DNA from: Euryarchaeota archaeon UBA250 | Lineage (GTDB): Archaea > Thermoplasmatota > Poseidoniia > Poseidoniales > Thalassarchaeaceae | Direction: 5' to 3' | NCBI GenBank assembly: GCA_002504845.1 | Contig: DATW01000049.1 | Span: 1 to 53,136, forward strand | DNA length: 53,136 bases | In this document: positions 42,237 to 50,478 of the stretch, piece by piece | How positions within the stretch are numbered: position 1 is the stretch's first letter | Layout of the letters: each line of letters opens with the position of its first letter | Notes under the pieces: generated by a model | Told to the model about the DNA's origin: nothing | Database searches by the model: none | The model's input: the letters and a program-made list of their open reading frames with translations, nothing else | Made by a program: the position numbers and the translations under genes

Positions 42237-43833
42237 TGTAGCGCTGTTCTTCGTTCTCCTCAAACGGGTGTTGCCCTATATTCACCTGATACGCTATTCC
42301 CAACCAAGTTCCGTCCGGGGAAGTCACTGTCTCGAAGAAGTCGTGCAGGGCGTGCACGTCCCCTTGAGACTCCTCGTATGCCGTGATGGTGTGCAGGGGT
42401 TCGGGGTCGGCTATGGTGAACGGCCATGTATCGTTGACTTGAGGGGATTGCACGGCACCAGCGTACAGGAACCACTCTTTGCCCTCGACATAACCGTCAT
42501 CACCGCCCCACTGGTCATAATCCAGACCGTAGAATGCAAGGGTGACGACATCCTCCTCCGTGATTGAGATAAACGGATACATCGAGATCCCTCTGAATGG
42601 CTGGACCTCCCACGAATCCGACCAATTGCTCCCATTGTCGTAAGATATGGCGAAGCGCATCTTCCAAGGATCGGTATCTGATCCGGGGCAATCGGCCCAA
42701 GCCACTGCGACTGTCCCCTTCTCGTTGTTGTTGACCACGGGATATCCTTCTGGGCAATTCCCATTCCTCGGGCCGACTTCAATGGGATCCTGCCAGGTTC
42801 CATCGCCGGGACCCGGGCCTGTTCCCCTGCCGTAGTCCTCAGATATCCTCACATGCACGTATCCGGAGTCTGTATCGGCGTTTTCCTGTGCGACGAAGAC
42901 ATAGGGGCCTGCTCGTTGTGACGAGATTGTGGACCAGCCCCCGGGCATCGAGTAGCACTGGCTGAATGATGCGCCGCCGTCTTCGGAATGATAGTACCAG
43001 TATCTCCCGGAGTCCCCGCTGCACTCCGGGGGAGATGCTCCTGAGTTGCCCAGGTAGTGGATGATTCCGTCCCCCTGGGCAGCCACCCAGGGCCGATCGT
43101 CAGCAGCCATGGTGTTCATTCTCAGACAGGGCCCATCCTCGTAACTCGTACCGTTGTCCGAAAACCGGTGCCACCAGTTATCCTCCAAAGTGGTGTCGAG
43201 ATAGTAGACGACATCGTATGCGTCTACCGATATATCGCCCTCGTCGCCCAGGCACTCGGAGGCCCCTCCAGCGTAGTTGGCAAGTAGCATGTTGCCGGGA
43301 GTGGGTGCAAACTGGTCGCCGTGATCCCAAGTGGCTCCGCCGTCGTTGCTCGCCCAGAACCAGCTGGCCCAGTAATCCCAGGTGGTGTCTGCTCCATCGG
43401 TGCAGGCCCACCATGGTCCTGGGTCGTCCGGATCGAGGATGATCGGCACAGGGGAGTCCTCGCCGCCCCATCTGAGATCCTTGTGGGCTGTGATGTACAT
43501 GCTGCCGTCACTGGTGATGGATATCGATGGCTCGTATCCGACGCCGAACCCCTCGTAACCGGGGTCTTGCCCGTTGCTCGGGTCTATGCATTCCTCATGC
43601 CTCGGCATGAATACGGACTCGCCCCATGAAATCTGGATTGAGGGTTCATCGGCATCCGGGGGTGTTTCGGTGACGTCGCTGACTATCCAGGAATAGAGGG
43701 GGACGGCGAGCAACAGGATCACGATGAACGCAAGTGCGGTATCCAAGATGAGGAACTCGACGATATCCTCGAATTTCCTTCTTTTCTTCACGGTGTTCTC
43801 GGAGAGCGGACTGTCTTGGATATCCCCCTCCAT
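42202..43833 (-). CDS. N-terminally membrane-anchored BNR/Asp-box beta-propeller protein (sialidase-fold, function unknown)
   Basis: TM FLILDTALAFIVILLLAVPLY. Asp-boxes are SNDGGATW, SDNGTSY, SEDGGASF and SYDNGSNW, plus the weaker TSDGSMY and SPDGTW. Confidence 0.75.
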   Translation of the reverse strand: MEGDIQDSPLSENTVKKRRKFEDIVEFLILDTALAFIVILLLAVPLYSWIVSDVTETPPDADEPSIQISWGESVFMPRHEECIDPSNGQDPGYEGFGVGYEPSISITSDGSMYITAHKDLRWGGEDSPVPIILDPDDPGPWWACTDGADTTWDYWASWFWASNDGGATWDHGDQFAPTPGNMLLANYAGGASECLGDEGDISVDAYDVVYYLDTTLEDNWWHRFSDNGTSYEDGPCLRMNTMAADDRPWVAAQGDGIIHYLGNSGASPPECSGDSGRYWYYHSEDGGASFSQCYSMPGGWSTISSQRAGPYVFVAQENADTDSGYVHVRISEDYGRGTGPGPGDGTWQDPIEVGPRNGNCPEGYPVVNNNEKGTVAVAWADCPGSDTDPWKMRFAISYDNGSNWSDSWEVQPFRGISMYPFISITEEDVVTLAFYGLDYDQWGGDDGYVEGKEWFLYAGAVQSPQVNDTWPFTIADPEPLHTITAYEESQGDVHALHDFFETVTSPDGTWLGIAYQVNIGQHPFEENEEQRYIKFVRGEFDYP

Positions 43834-43904
43834 CGTATCAGCACATGAGGCGCTTCTTCATAGTGCTGAGCATCGATATCCGGTGATTTGGGTCTGTGGA
43901 TCGA

Positions 43905-44141
43905 TTATTGGTTCATGTCGGACGGTTTCCAGAGATTGGGCCAACGCCTCTTGATGAGTCTGAATATGATGCGGCTCAGAATCATCGAGAACAGCAGGAA
44001 TAAGATCGATGACCACCAAGGAGTCTCGTCATTGGTGGCCAGGAACCACGTGACCCCGAGTATCGCTGCACCGTAGATGGCCCGAAAGATCGAGAAGATC
44101 ATAAAACCGCGAAAGAGGGGGTTTGCCAGAATCTTGGACAT
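43905..44141 (-). CDS. Possible small two-TM membrane protein
   Basis: MSKILANPLFRGFMIFSIFRAIYGAAILGVTWFL...WWSSILFLLFSMILSRIIF. The longer track ORF (to 44240) would nearly touch the vsr start. Confidence 0.35.
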   Translation of the reverse strand: MSKILANPLFRGFMIFSIFRAIYGAAILGVTWFLATNDETPWWSSILFLLFSMILSRIIFRLIKRRWPNLWKPSDMNQ

Positions 44142-44245
44142 CAAGGACTCGTCATCCACAGTCGAATCGAAGGGGGCCAAGTGCATGAGAATGATGGTTG
44201 TACCCAATTCGATACGGTGATGTGCATGTTCCACGTGCAATCAAC

Positions 44246-44671
44246 ATGAGTGGCGTATCCCCCCCTGCTTCCTCTCCTGCTGTCAGGAAAACGATGCAGG
44301 GCAATCGAAGCCGGGATACGAAGCCTGAGCTAGCAGTACGACGCATGCTCAGGGATGCAGGTTTCCCCGGATATAGGATTCATTGGAGGATCGATGACTC
44401 GGAGGGTCGATACATATGTCGTCCCGACATCTGCTATCCCGGGAGGAAAATTGCGATATTCGTTCATGGGTGCTTCTGGCATCGGTGTCCAAGTTGCAAC
44501 CCCTCTATGCCGAAAACGAATGTCGGATATTGGAAGCCCAAGTTTGAGCGAAATGTGGAGAGGGATAGATCGAAACAGGAAAGATTGGTCAATCTTGGAT
44601 GGGATGTAGAGACCATCTGGGAATGTGAACTTGACAGCGTAGATGCCGAGAGCATGATGAGCAGGGACTGA
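44246..44671 (+). CDS. vsr: Very short patch repair endonuclease (Vsr)
   Basis: VRKTMQGNRSRDTKPELAVRRMLRDAGFPGYR...RPDICYPGRKIAIFVHGCFWHRCPSC...PKTNVGYWKPKFERNVERDR...LGWDVETIWECEL matches the Vsr consensus block for block. Confidence 0.85.
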   Translation: MSGVSPPASSPAVRKTMQGNRSRDTKPELAVRRMLRDAGFPGYRIHWRIDDSEGRYICRPDICYPGRKIAIFVHGCFWHRCPSCNPSMPKTNVGYWKPKFERNVERDRSKQERLVNLGWDVETIWECELDSVDAESMMSRD

Positions 44672-44693
44672 GATGTCTTTAGAAGGGATTTTC

Positions 44694-45221
44694 TCAGTCT
44701 GGACCGGGTGATTTGGAAGAGTCTTGAGTCGAGATTGAAATCAGAATTTCTCCCATATCGACTCTGTCACCCTCTTTGAAATAGATAGAAGAGACCTCTC
44801 CCGACTCTGGTGCGGATATCTGATGCTCCATCTTCATAGCTTCGAGAATCATCATCGGCTGGCCCTCGCGCACTCGCTGACCGGTTTTCACGAGGACTTC
44901 TCTGACAGTACCAGGCATAGGAGCCGTGAGGCCGCCTTCACCCATGTCTGATGAGGTAGATTCTTGGCTCCTCTCTCGAACGATGTATGTCTTTCCTTCA
45001 AGCGATATCCACCATGCGTCTCCAACCTTTGTGACATCTGCCCGATACATTCTCCCAAGACTCTCGATGATGATTGACCCACGTGATTCATCATGGTTGA
45101 TTGAGAAGTCCTGATTAACTTCGGTATCTTCAGCTTGCAATCTGTCGACGAACAGATTATTCTTGTCAGAACGTAGCCTCACTGACCAAGTTTTGTCATC
45201 TCCATCAATTTTCCAATACAT
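44694..45221 (-). CDS. Biotin carboxyl carrier (BT-like plus biotinyl domain) of acyl-CoA carboxylase
   Basis: The biotinylation motif is in MILEAMKMEHQISAP. ATG at 45221 is preceded by GGTGATACA. The ORF is in the same frame as the upstream biotin carboxylase ORF. Confidence 0.85.
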   Translation of the reverse strand: MYWKIDGDDKTWSVRLRSDKNNLFVDRLQAEDTEVNQDFSINHDESRGSIIIESLGRMYRADVTKVGDAWWISLEGKTYIVRERSQESTSSDMGEGGLTAPMPGTVREVLVKTGQRVREGQPMMILEAMKMEHQISAPESGEVSSIYFKEGDRVDMGEILISISTQDSSKSPGPD

Positions 45222-45230
45222 TGTATCACC

Positions 45231-46811
45231 TTATGGGAAATTACGAGACAGTGTCCGGAAGGGATCTCCGGGGTGGCCTGTATGCTGATCAACAATGGAT
45301 GGGGCTCTTGTGACTGCCGCCCTGTGGAGGCCGAGACGCTCTGCTGCTGAGGCTATCACGGACAGTATGCCCCTGATCGGCTCCTCGGGCCGGGAAGGGG
45401 GGTCCATGTCATCGAGGTGGTCGGTCGTGACGCCTGGTCCGGAGAAGGTATCGGAGACCAGCATCTCCCTGCAAAATCCGATGTTCGACCGGACTCCGTG
45501 CAGGATGATCTGGGATAGAGCCTGATCGAGTCTCCTGATCGCCGATGCGCGGTCGGGTGCATGGACTATGACCTTGGCGAGCATCGGGTCGAATGCAGTG
45601 GTCACTTCGTCCCCCGTGCGTACGCCCGTGTCGACCCGTATGCCTGGTCCATCAGGCGTATCGAAACGGGCTATGGGGCCGATGGATGGCAGGAATCCTG
45701 TGGATGGGTCCTCAGCGTACAGTCGAGCCTCCATGGCATGCCCTGAGATTCCCACTTCGGTCTGTTTTATCGGAAGAGGTAGTCCGGCTGCAACTGAGAG
45801 CTGCATGTGGACAAGATCGAGGCCTGTGATGAGCTCAGTGACGGGGTGCTCGACCTGGAGCCTCGTATTCATCTCCAGGAAGTAGAACTCACCCTTGTCC
45901 GACAAGAGGAATTCGACTGTTCCCGCGCCCTCGTAATGAACCGCTCGGGCTGCTTGCACCGCGGCCTCTCCCATCAGAGACCTCAGGCGAGGGCCCACTG
46001 CGGGGGATGGTGCCTCTTCTATCACCTTCTGATGCCTCCTCTGGAGAGAGCAGTCTCGCTCATTGAGGTGGATCGCATTCCCATGGCGGTCTGCGAATAC
46101 CTGGATCTCGATGTGCCTTGCCCTCCTGAGGAGGCGCTCGACATACACGGTTCCATCCCCGAAGGCTGCAGTTGCCTCTCTCGAGGCCGCATCATACTCT
46201 GTCCGGAGGCGCTTGGGCTCCTCGACCATGCGCATGCCCTTGCCGCCTCCCCCCGCACTTGCCTTGAGGAGGAGAGGGTAGCCCACTTCTGCTGCAGCGG
46301 CAGCCAGTTGGGGCAAGGGGTCTTCATCACCCGAGACTTCGATTGACTTACCGGGGATCACGGGTACCGAGGCATCGACCATCGCCTCCCTTGCCCTTAT
46401 TTTGTCCCCCATGGTTCGAATCGCATCAGCAGAAGGCCCTATCCAAACCAATCCAGATTCAATCACCCTATCGGCGAATTCTGACCTTTCGGAGAGAAAG
46501 CCGTACCCAGGGTGTATCGCATCCGCCCCTGATGCCCTAGCGGCATCCAGTATCGCATCCATCGACAGGTAAGTGCTCGCAAGATCCTCTCCCGGCAGCC
46601 TGATTTTCTCGTCTGCGAAATTGAGATGCATGGAATTGGAGTCCAGATCATTGTAAACTGCGACGCCCCTTAATCCGCATTCACGGACAGCTCGGAGCAC
46701 GCGGACTGCAATCTCGCCTCTGTTGGCAACGAGTACGGAGCCGAAGGGAGTGGTCGCCTCCATCATCCACTCTGGCGTCCCCATGGTGCCTCCCACGTCT
46801 GATGCGTTCAT
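45231..46811 (-). CDS. Biotin carboxylase subunit (methylcrotonyl-/acyl-CoA carboxylase alpha, BC domain)
   Basis: VLVANRGEIAVRVLRA, HPGYGFLSE, YPLLLKASAGGGGKGMRMV, VEFL...FYFLEMNTRLQVEHPVTE. Confidence 0.93.
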   Translation of the reverse strand: MNASDVGGTMGTPEWMMEATTPFGSVLVANRGEIAVRVLRAVRECGLRGVAVYNDLDSNSMHLNFADEKIRLPGEDLASTYLSMDAILDAARASGADAIHPGYGFLSERSEFADRVIESGLVWIGPSADAIRTMGDKIRAREAMVDASVPVIPGKSIEVSGDEDPLPQLAAAAAEVGYPLLLKASAGGGGKGMRMVEEPKRLRTEYDAASREATAAFGDGTVYVERLLRRARHIEIQVFADRHGNAIHLNERDCSLQRRHQKVIEEAPSPAVGPRLRSLMGEAAVQAARAVHYEGAGTVEFLLSDKGEFYFLEMNTRLQVEHPVTELITGLDLVHMQLSVAAGLPLPIKQTEVGISGHAMEARLYAEDPSTGFLPSIGPIARFDTPDGPGIRVDTGVRTGDEVTTAFDPMLAKVIVHAPDRASAIRRLDQALSQIILHGVRSNIGFCREMLVSDTFSGPGVTTDHLDDMDPPSRPEEPIRGILSVIASAAERLGLHRAAVTRAPSIVDQHTGHPGDPFRTLSRNFP

Positions 46812-46837
46812 TGAATTGTTGCTGGATTTGTCATCGA

Positions 46838-47689
46838 TTACAGGACAATCTCGTCACCCTCTGAGGCTATTGACCAACCCATCAGCTCTTCTCCGACACC
46901 GATCTGGCCCAATGCCCTGTTGGAGTGATTGAGATGTATGAATCGTATATCCGGGTCGTCTTCTTCCCTTGGGCCCAGTCTGCTGATTGATTCGAGGATC
47001 GGCGGATGGGGTATGGAATTCTGACGTGGCAGGTCATCAGAGCTCCAGAAGGTTCCATCCATGAGAATGATGTCTGCCTTTATCGCGGAAATCCATTCTC
47101 TGATCGAATCGTATCCGACCTGTTCCAGGGTGTCGGCCCAGTGGTCGTGATCCGGCAGGTGGAGAAGCGCGCGATTTGGCCCGCGCAGCAGGAAGGCGTG
47201 CGTATCGCTCCACTCGTCTCGATGTGGGACTTTTATGGGCACTAATGAGAGATTTTTGGATACCTGGATCTCATGCCCTGAGTCGAATTGTTTCTTGATG
47301 AATACCCGTTGATTGAGGAGTGCGTTCCACAGCGGTGTTTCGTGGATCAGTTGGAACATGGATTCGCTGGCATGGAGCCGGATCCCTCTGGAGGCCATTA
47401 CCTCCCTGCCGAATAGCCCGAGCCCGTCGACATGACCGAGATGGCCGTGGGTGAGCCATACGTCGGTTATCATCCGGGCGCTTCCATCTAGCATCCTCGT
47501 CTGCCTGTCCAGATCACGTGTCACATCGATTAGGTGGAGTTCGTCTCCGTCCCTCACTGCGAGTGATGTGGGGGATAGCTGCCGTCCTTCTTCCGAGAAT
47601 CGTTTGCAGGTGTCACATAGACATCCGGGGTGGGGGACTCCGCCGTCTTGGGCTATACCGAGAATGGTTACGACGGTTTCCTCGGACAT
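46838..47689 (-). CDS. PqqB-like metallo-beta-lactamase-fold protein
   Basis: VTILGIAQDGGVPHPGCLCDTC resembles the PqqB N-terminus (vLGsaaGGGfPQWNCnC..C). WLTHGHLGHVDGLGLF follows. The track start at 47737 is TTG; ATG at 47689 is used. Confidence 0.65.
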   Translation of the reverse strand: MSEETVVTILGIAQDGGVPHPGCLCDTCKRFSEEGRQLSPTSLAVRDGDELHLIDVTRDLDRQTRMLDGSARMITDVWLTHGHLGHVDGLGLFGREVMASRGIRLHASESMFQLIHETPLWNALLNQRVFIKKQFDSGHEIQVSKNLSLVPIKVPHRDEWSDTHAFLLRGPNRALLHLPDHDHWADTLEQVGYDSIREWISAIKADIILMDGTFWSSDDLPRQNSIPHPPILESISRLGPREEDDPDIRFIHLNHSNRALGQIGVGEELMGWSIASEGDEIVL

Positions 47690-47724
47690 GCTGCTGCACC
47701 TGATCGAGTGTGACTGCCCGTGAT

Positions 47725-48564
47725 CTAGCTCCTCCAATCCGGATCTCTTTTCTCGAGGAACGCCGAGAGTCCTTCCTGCCCCTCGGGAGAGCCCCTCATC
47801 TCGCTAGTGAGGTCTAGCGTGTAGTCACGCAGATCCTCGTCGCTGCCCGTCCATCTGTCGAATGTGGAGGTGAGGGACTTGGCCTTCGAGACTGCGATTG
47901 GGGCCGTTGTCATGACGTCATCTGCCACCATCCCCGCAGCATCATCGAAGTCGGACGTCGAATCGACTATTTCATCGACGAAGCCGACCCTGAGAGCCTC
48001 GTTGGCGTCTATTCTTGAAGCACGCATGGAGAGCCGGCGGAAATGAGCGCTTCCGAGGCGGCGATAGACGTAGGGGCCGATGACGGCGGGCAGGATCCCC
48101 AGCTTGGCTTCTGATAGCGCGATCCTGGTTCTTGGTTCTGCGATCACATGGTCCAAGCAAGCTACGAGCCCGGCTCCCCCGCCGAGCGCTACGCCCTGTA
48201 TGCAGCCAATTGTGAAGCACGGGTGCGACCACAAGCCATGGAAGAGTCTGTCGAGCCTTGCCGAATCCTCGCGATTCTCTGAGGGGGATTTGGAACCGGC
48301 GTCCCGCATCATCTGGATGTCCGCCCCTGCGCAGAAGTGCTTCCCCTTCCCGCGGATATGGAGGACCCTCAGGTTGCCGCCTTCAGGGACCGAGTTCGCG
48401 CGCGTCCAATCCAGAAGCTCGCAAATCTCCGTGATCAGTTGGATGCTCAGGGCATTGAATGAATCCGTTCTTTGAAGGGTTATTGTGGCTTGCTGGCCTT
48501 TTATTTCAAGCGAGCATAGTTCTGTTTTCGGTTCTTTCATCTGCTCACATCCTGAAGACGCCAT
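47725..48564 (-). CDS. Enoyl-CoA hydratase family (probable methylglutaconyl-CoA hydratase)
   Basis: The crotonase motifs [13 protein letters not shown] and [15 protein letters not shown]. It is embedded in the carboxylase operon. The alternative ATG is 48540. Confidence 0.8.
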   Translation of the reverse strand: MASSGCEQMKEPKTELCSLEIKGQQATITLQRTDSFNALSIQLITEICELLDWTRANSVPEGGNLRVLHIRGKGKHFCAGADIQMMRDAGSKSPSENREDSARLDRLFHGLWSHPCFTIGCIQGVALGGGAGLVACLDHVIAEPRTRIALSEAKLGILPAVIGPYVYRRLGSAHFRRLSMRASRIDANEALRVGFVDEIVDSTSDFDDAAGMVADDVMTTAPIAVSKAKSLTSTFDRWTGSDEDLRDYTLDLTSEMRGSPEGQEGLSAFLEKRDPDWRS

Positions 48565-50155
48565 AGCGCTGATCGGGGAAGGGGGAGTTCAGACTTGCAG
48601 AGATGCAGAGGCCGAGTATATCTCGTGTGTCTCTTGGATCGATGACTCCGTCATCCCAAAGACGCGCTGTGGAGTAATATGGGCTCCCCTCCGTCTCATA
48701 CTTCTCCAGAATCGGCGACCTGAATTCATCTCTCTGCTCTTCGCTCATCGGCTCTTCCCTCTGTCTGGACCTCTGATCGTCCTTCACCGTAGCGAGTACA
48801 TCAGCAGCCTGAGGGCCTCCCATGACCGATATCCGCGCATTGGGCCACATGAATAGGAATCTTGGATCATAGGCACGGCCGCACATCCCATAATTGCCCG
48901 CTCCGTGACTGCCTCCGATGATTATCGTGAATTTTGGGACGGGGACGCATGAGACGGCGGTTACCAGTTTAGCACCGTCCTTCGCTATGCCCCCGGCCTC
49001 TGCATCCCTGCCGACCATGAATCCGGATATGTTCTGGAGGAATATGAGGGGGGTGCCCCTCTGACCGCACAATTCGACGAAGTGGGCGCCCTTCAGAGAG
49101 GAGTCGGAGAACAGGATCCCATTGTTTGCAACGATGCCGACGGGATATCCGTGGATGTGCGCGAACCCGCAGACAAGGGTGGTCCCATATCTCGGCTTGA
49201 ACTCGTGGAATCTCGAACCATCGACCATTCTCGAAATGACTTCCCTCACATCGAATGGAGTTCGGTTGTCTTCGGGAATGATGCCGAGAAGATCCTCTGC
49301 GTCATGGGCAGGGGGTTCGACGGGACGGGTGTCCAGACGCTTTTTTGGCTCTATATTGAGATGCTCCACGATGTTCCTCACCATGTGGAGGGCCTCGTCC
49401 TCATCCTCGGCATAATGGTCAGCGACTCCGGATTCACGGGTATGTAAGTCGGCCCCACCTAGATCCTCGGAGCTGACTTCCTCGCCAGTGGCGGCTTTGA
49501 CGAGTGGTGGGCCAGCGAGGAAGATCGTGCCGTTTCCCTTCACGATGATCGATTCGTCGCTCATAGCGGGGATGTATGCTCCTCCAGCGGTGCAAGAGCC
49601 GAGCACAGCTGCTATCTGGGGTATTCCTTTGCTCGAGAGAATGGCCTGATTGCGGAAAATCCGGCCGAAGTGATCCCTGTCTGGAAATACTTCATCCTGC
49701 ATGGGAAGAAACGCACCGCCGGAATCGACGAGATATATGCAAGGAAGGCCATTTGCCTCGGCGATCTCTTGAGCTCGAACGTGTTTCTTCACCGTCATCG
49801 GGTAGTACGAACCGCCTTTCACTGTGGCATCATTGGCCACAAAAAGGCATTCTCGCCCATTGACTACGCCTATCCCCGTGATGATGCCCGCTGAATATGC
49901 TCGGCCATCGTAGAGGCCATCTGCGGCGAGGGAAGAAAGTTCGAGGAACGGGGCACCTGGGTCGCATATCTCTGCTATTCGTTCCCTTGGCAGGCGCTTG
50001 CCTCTCCCCCTGTGGAGCGACACGGCGCGTTCACTGCCGCCCTGCATGGCTGCATCGATTCTCTCGCGGAGCTCCTGTATGAGGGCAGAATTGCGCTCAG
50101 AGCGCGATATCCACGTCTCATCGCCGCGATTCACGCGCGTTCGCATCTTGGTCAT
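48545..50155 (-). CDS. Acyl-CoA carboxylase carboxyltransferase (beta) subunit, methylcrotonyl-CoA carboxylase-like
   Basis: [56 protein letters not shown], and [17 protein letters not shown] at 50155 is used. Confidence 0.9.
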   Translation of the reverse strand: MTKMRTRVNRGDETWISRSERNSALIQELRERIDAAMQGGSERAVSLHRGRGKRLPRERIAEICDPGAPFLELSSLAADGLYDGRAYSAGIITGIGVVNGRECLFVANDATVKGGSYYPMTVKKHVRAQEIAEANGLPCIYLVDSGGAFLPMQDEVFPDRDHFGRIFRNQAILSSKGIPQIAAVLGSCTAGGAYIPAMSDESIIVKGNGTIFLAGPPLVKAATGEEVSSEDLGGADLHTRESGVADHYAEDEDEALHMVRNIVEHLNIEPKKRLDTRPVEPPAHDAEDLLGIIPEDNRTPFDVREVISRMVDGSRFHEFKPRYGTTLVCGFAHIHGYPVGIVANNGILFSDSSLKGAHFVELCGQRGTPLIFLQNISGFMVGRDAEAGGIAKDGAKLVTAVSCVPVPKFTIIIGGSHGAGNYGMCGRAYDPRFLFMWPNARISVMGGPQAADVLATVKDDQRSRQREEPMSEEQRDEFRSPILEKYETEGSPYYSTARLWDDGVIDPRDTRDILGLCISASLNSPFPDQRYGVFRM

Positions 50156-50227
50156 ACGACCTTGTGGGAGGGCTTGTGGACTTGAATGCCCCGAAGGATT
50201 CACACATCAGACCTCATCTCGAAAGGC

Positions 50228-50470
50228 ATGGTCGACGATTCAGACGGAAAGCGGAGGTACACTGAAGACGACATAGGGATATTCGTGACGATGGTTCGTG
50301 ACGATGGTACCTATGTGGAGGCTGAGATCGTGCGTGTTTTCTGTCCGGTATGTGGCGAGGAGTTCATTGGCACCAAGCGTGATGCAGGTGGCTTCATAGC
50401 CGGCCACAGGGCCTATCATGAGCATGAAAATATGAGCGATTTGATCGCCGAGTCGATGGGCGGGGTCTGA
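50228..50470 (+). CDS. Small hypothetical protein with C2H2-like metal site
   Basis: CPVCGEEFIGTKRDAGGFIAGHRAYHEH (C-x2-C-x17-H-x3-H). No family was recognised. Confidence 0.4.
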   Translation: MVDDSDGKRRYTEDDIGIFVTMVRDDGTYVEAEIVRVFCPVCGEEFIGTKRDAGGFIAGHRAYHEHENMSDLIAESMGGV

Positions 50471-50478
50471 CAATCCAG

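Noticed and set aside
42260-43629. A cluster of overlapping 60-130-aa ORFs in several frames inside the BNR-propeller gene.
   Set aside because: These are products of locally high G+C with few stop codons. They are Arg/Pro/Gly-rich with no motifs, whereas the 543-aa frame has repeated Asp-boxes.
44694-46811. Calling the BC/BCCP pair a pseudogene.
   Set aside because: Both ORFs are otherwise intact, with catalytic and biotinylation motifs. A GGTGAT SD-like element plus ATG follows the TAA. It is therefore annotated as two CDS and flagged as a finding instead.
40000-50200. A discrete high-GC genomic island covering serS to the carboxylase operon.
   Set aside because: My 60-nt hand counts scatter widely within this span (48-72%) and in the rest of the window (37-58%), with no sharp boundary. 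This is too noisy to claim without a computed sliding-window GC/codon analysis.
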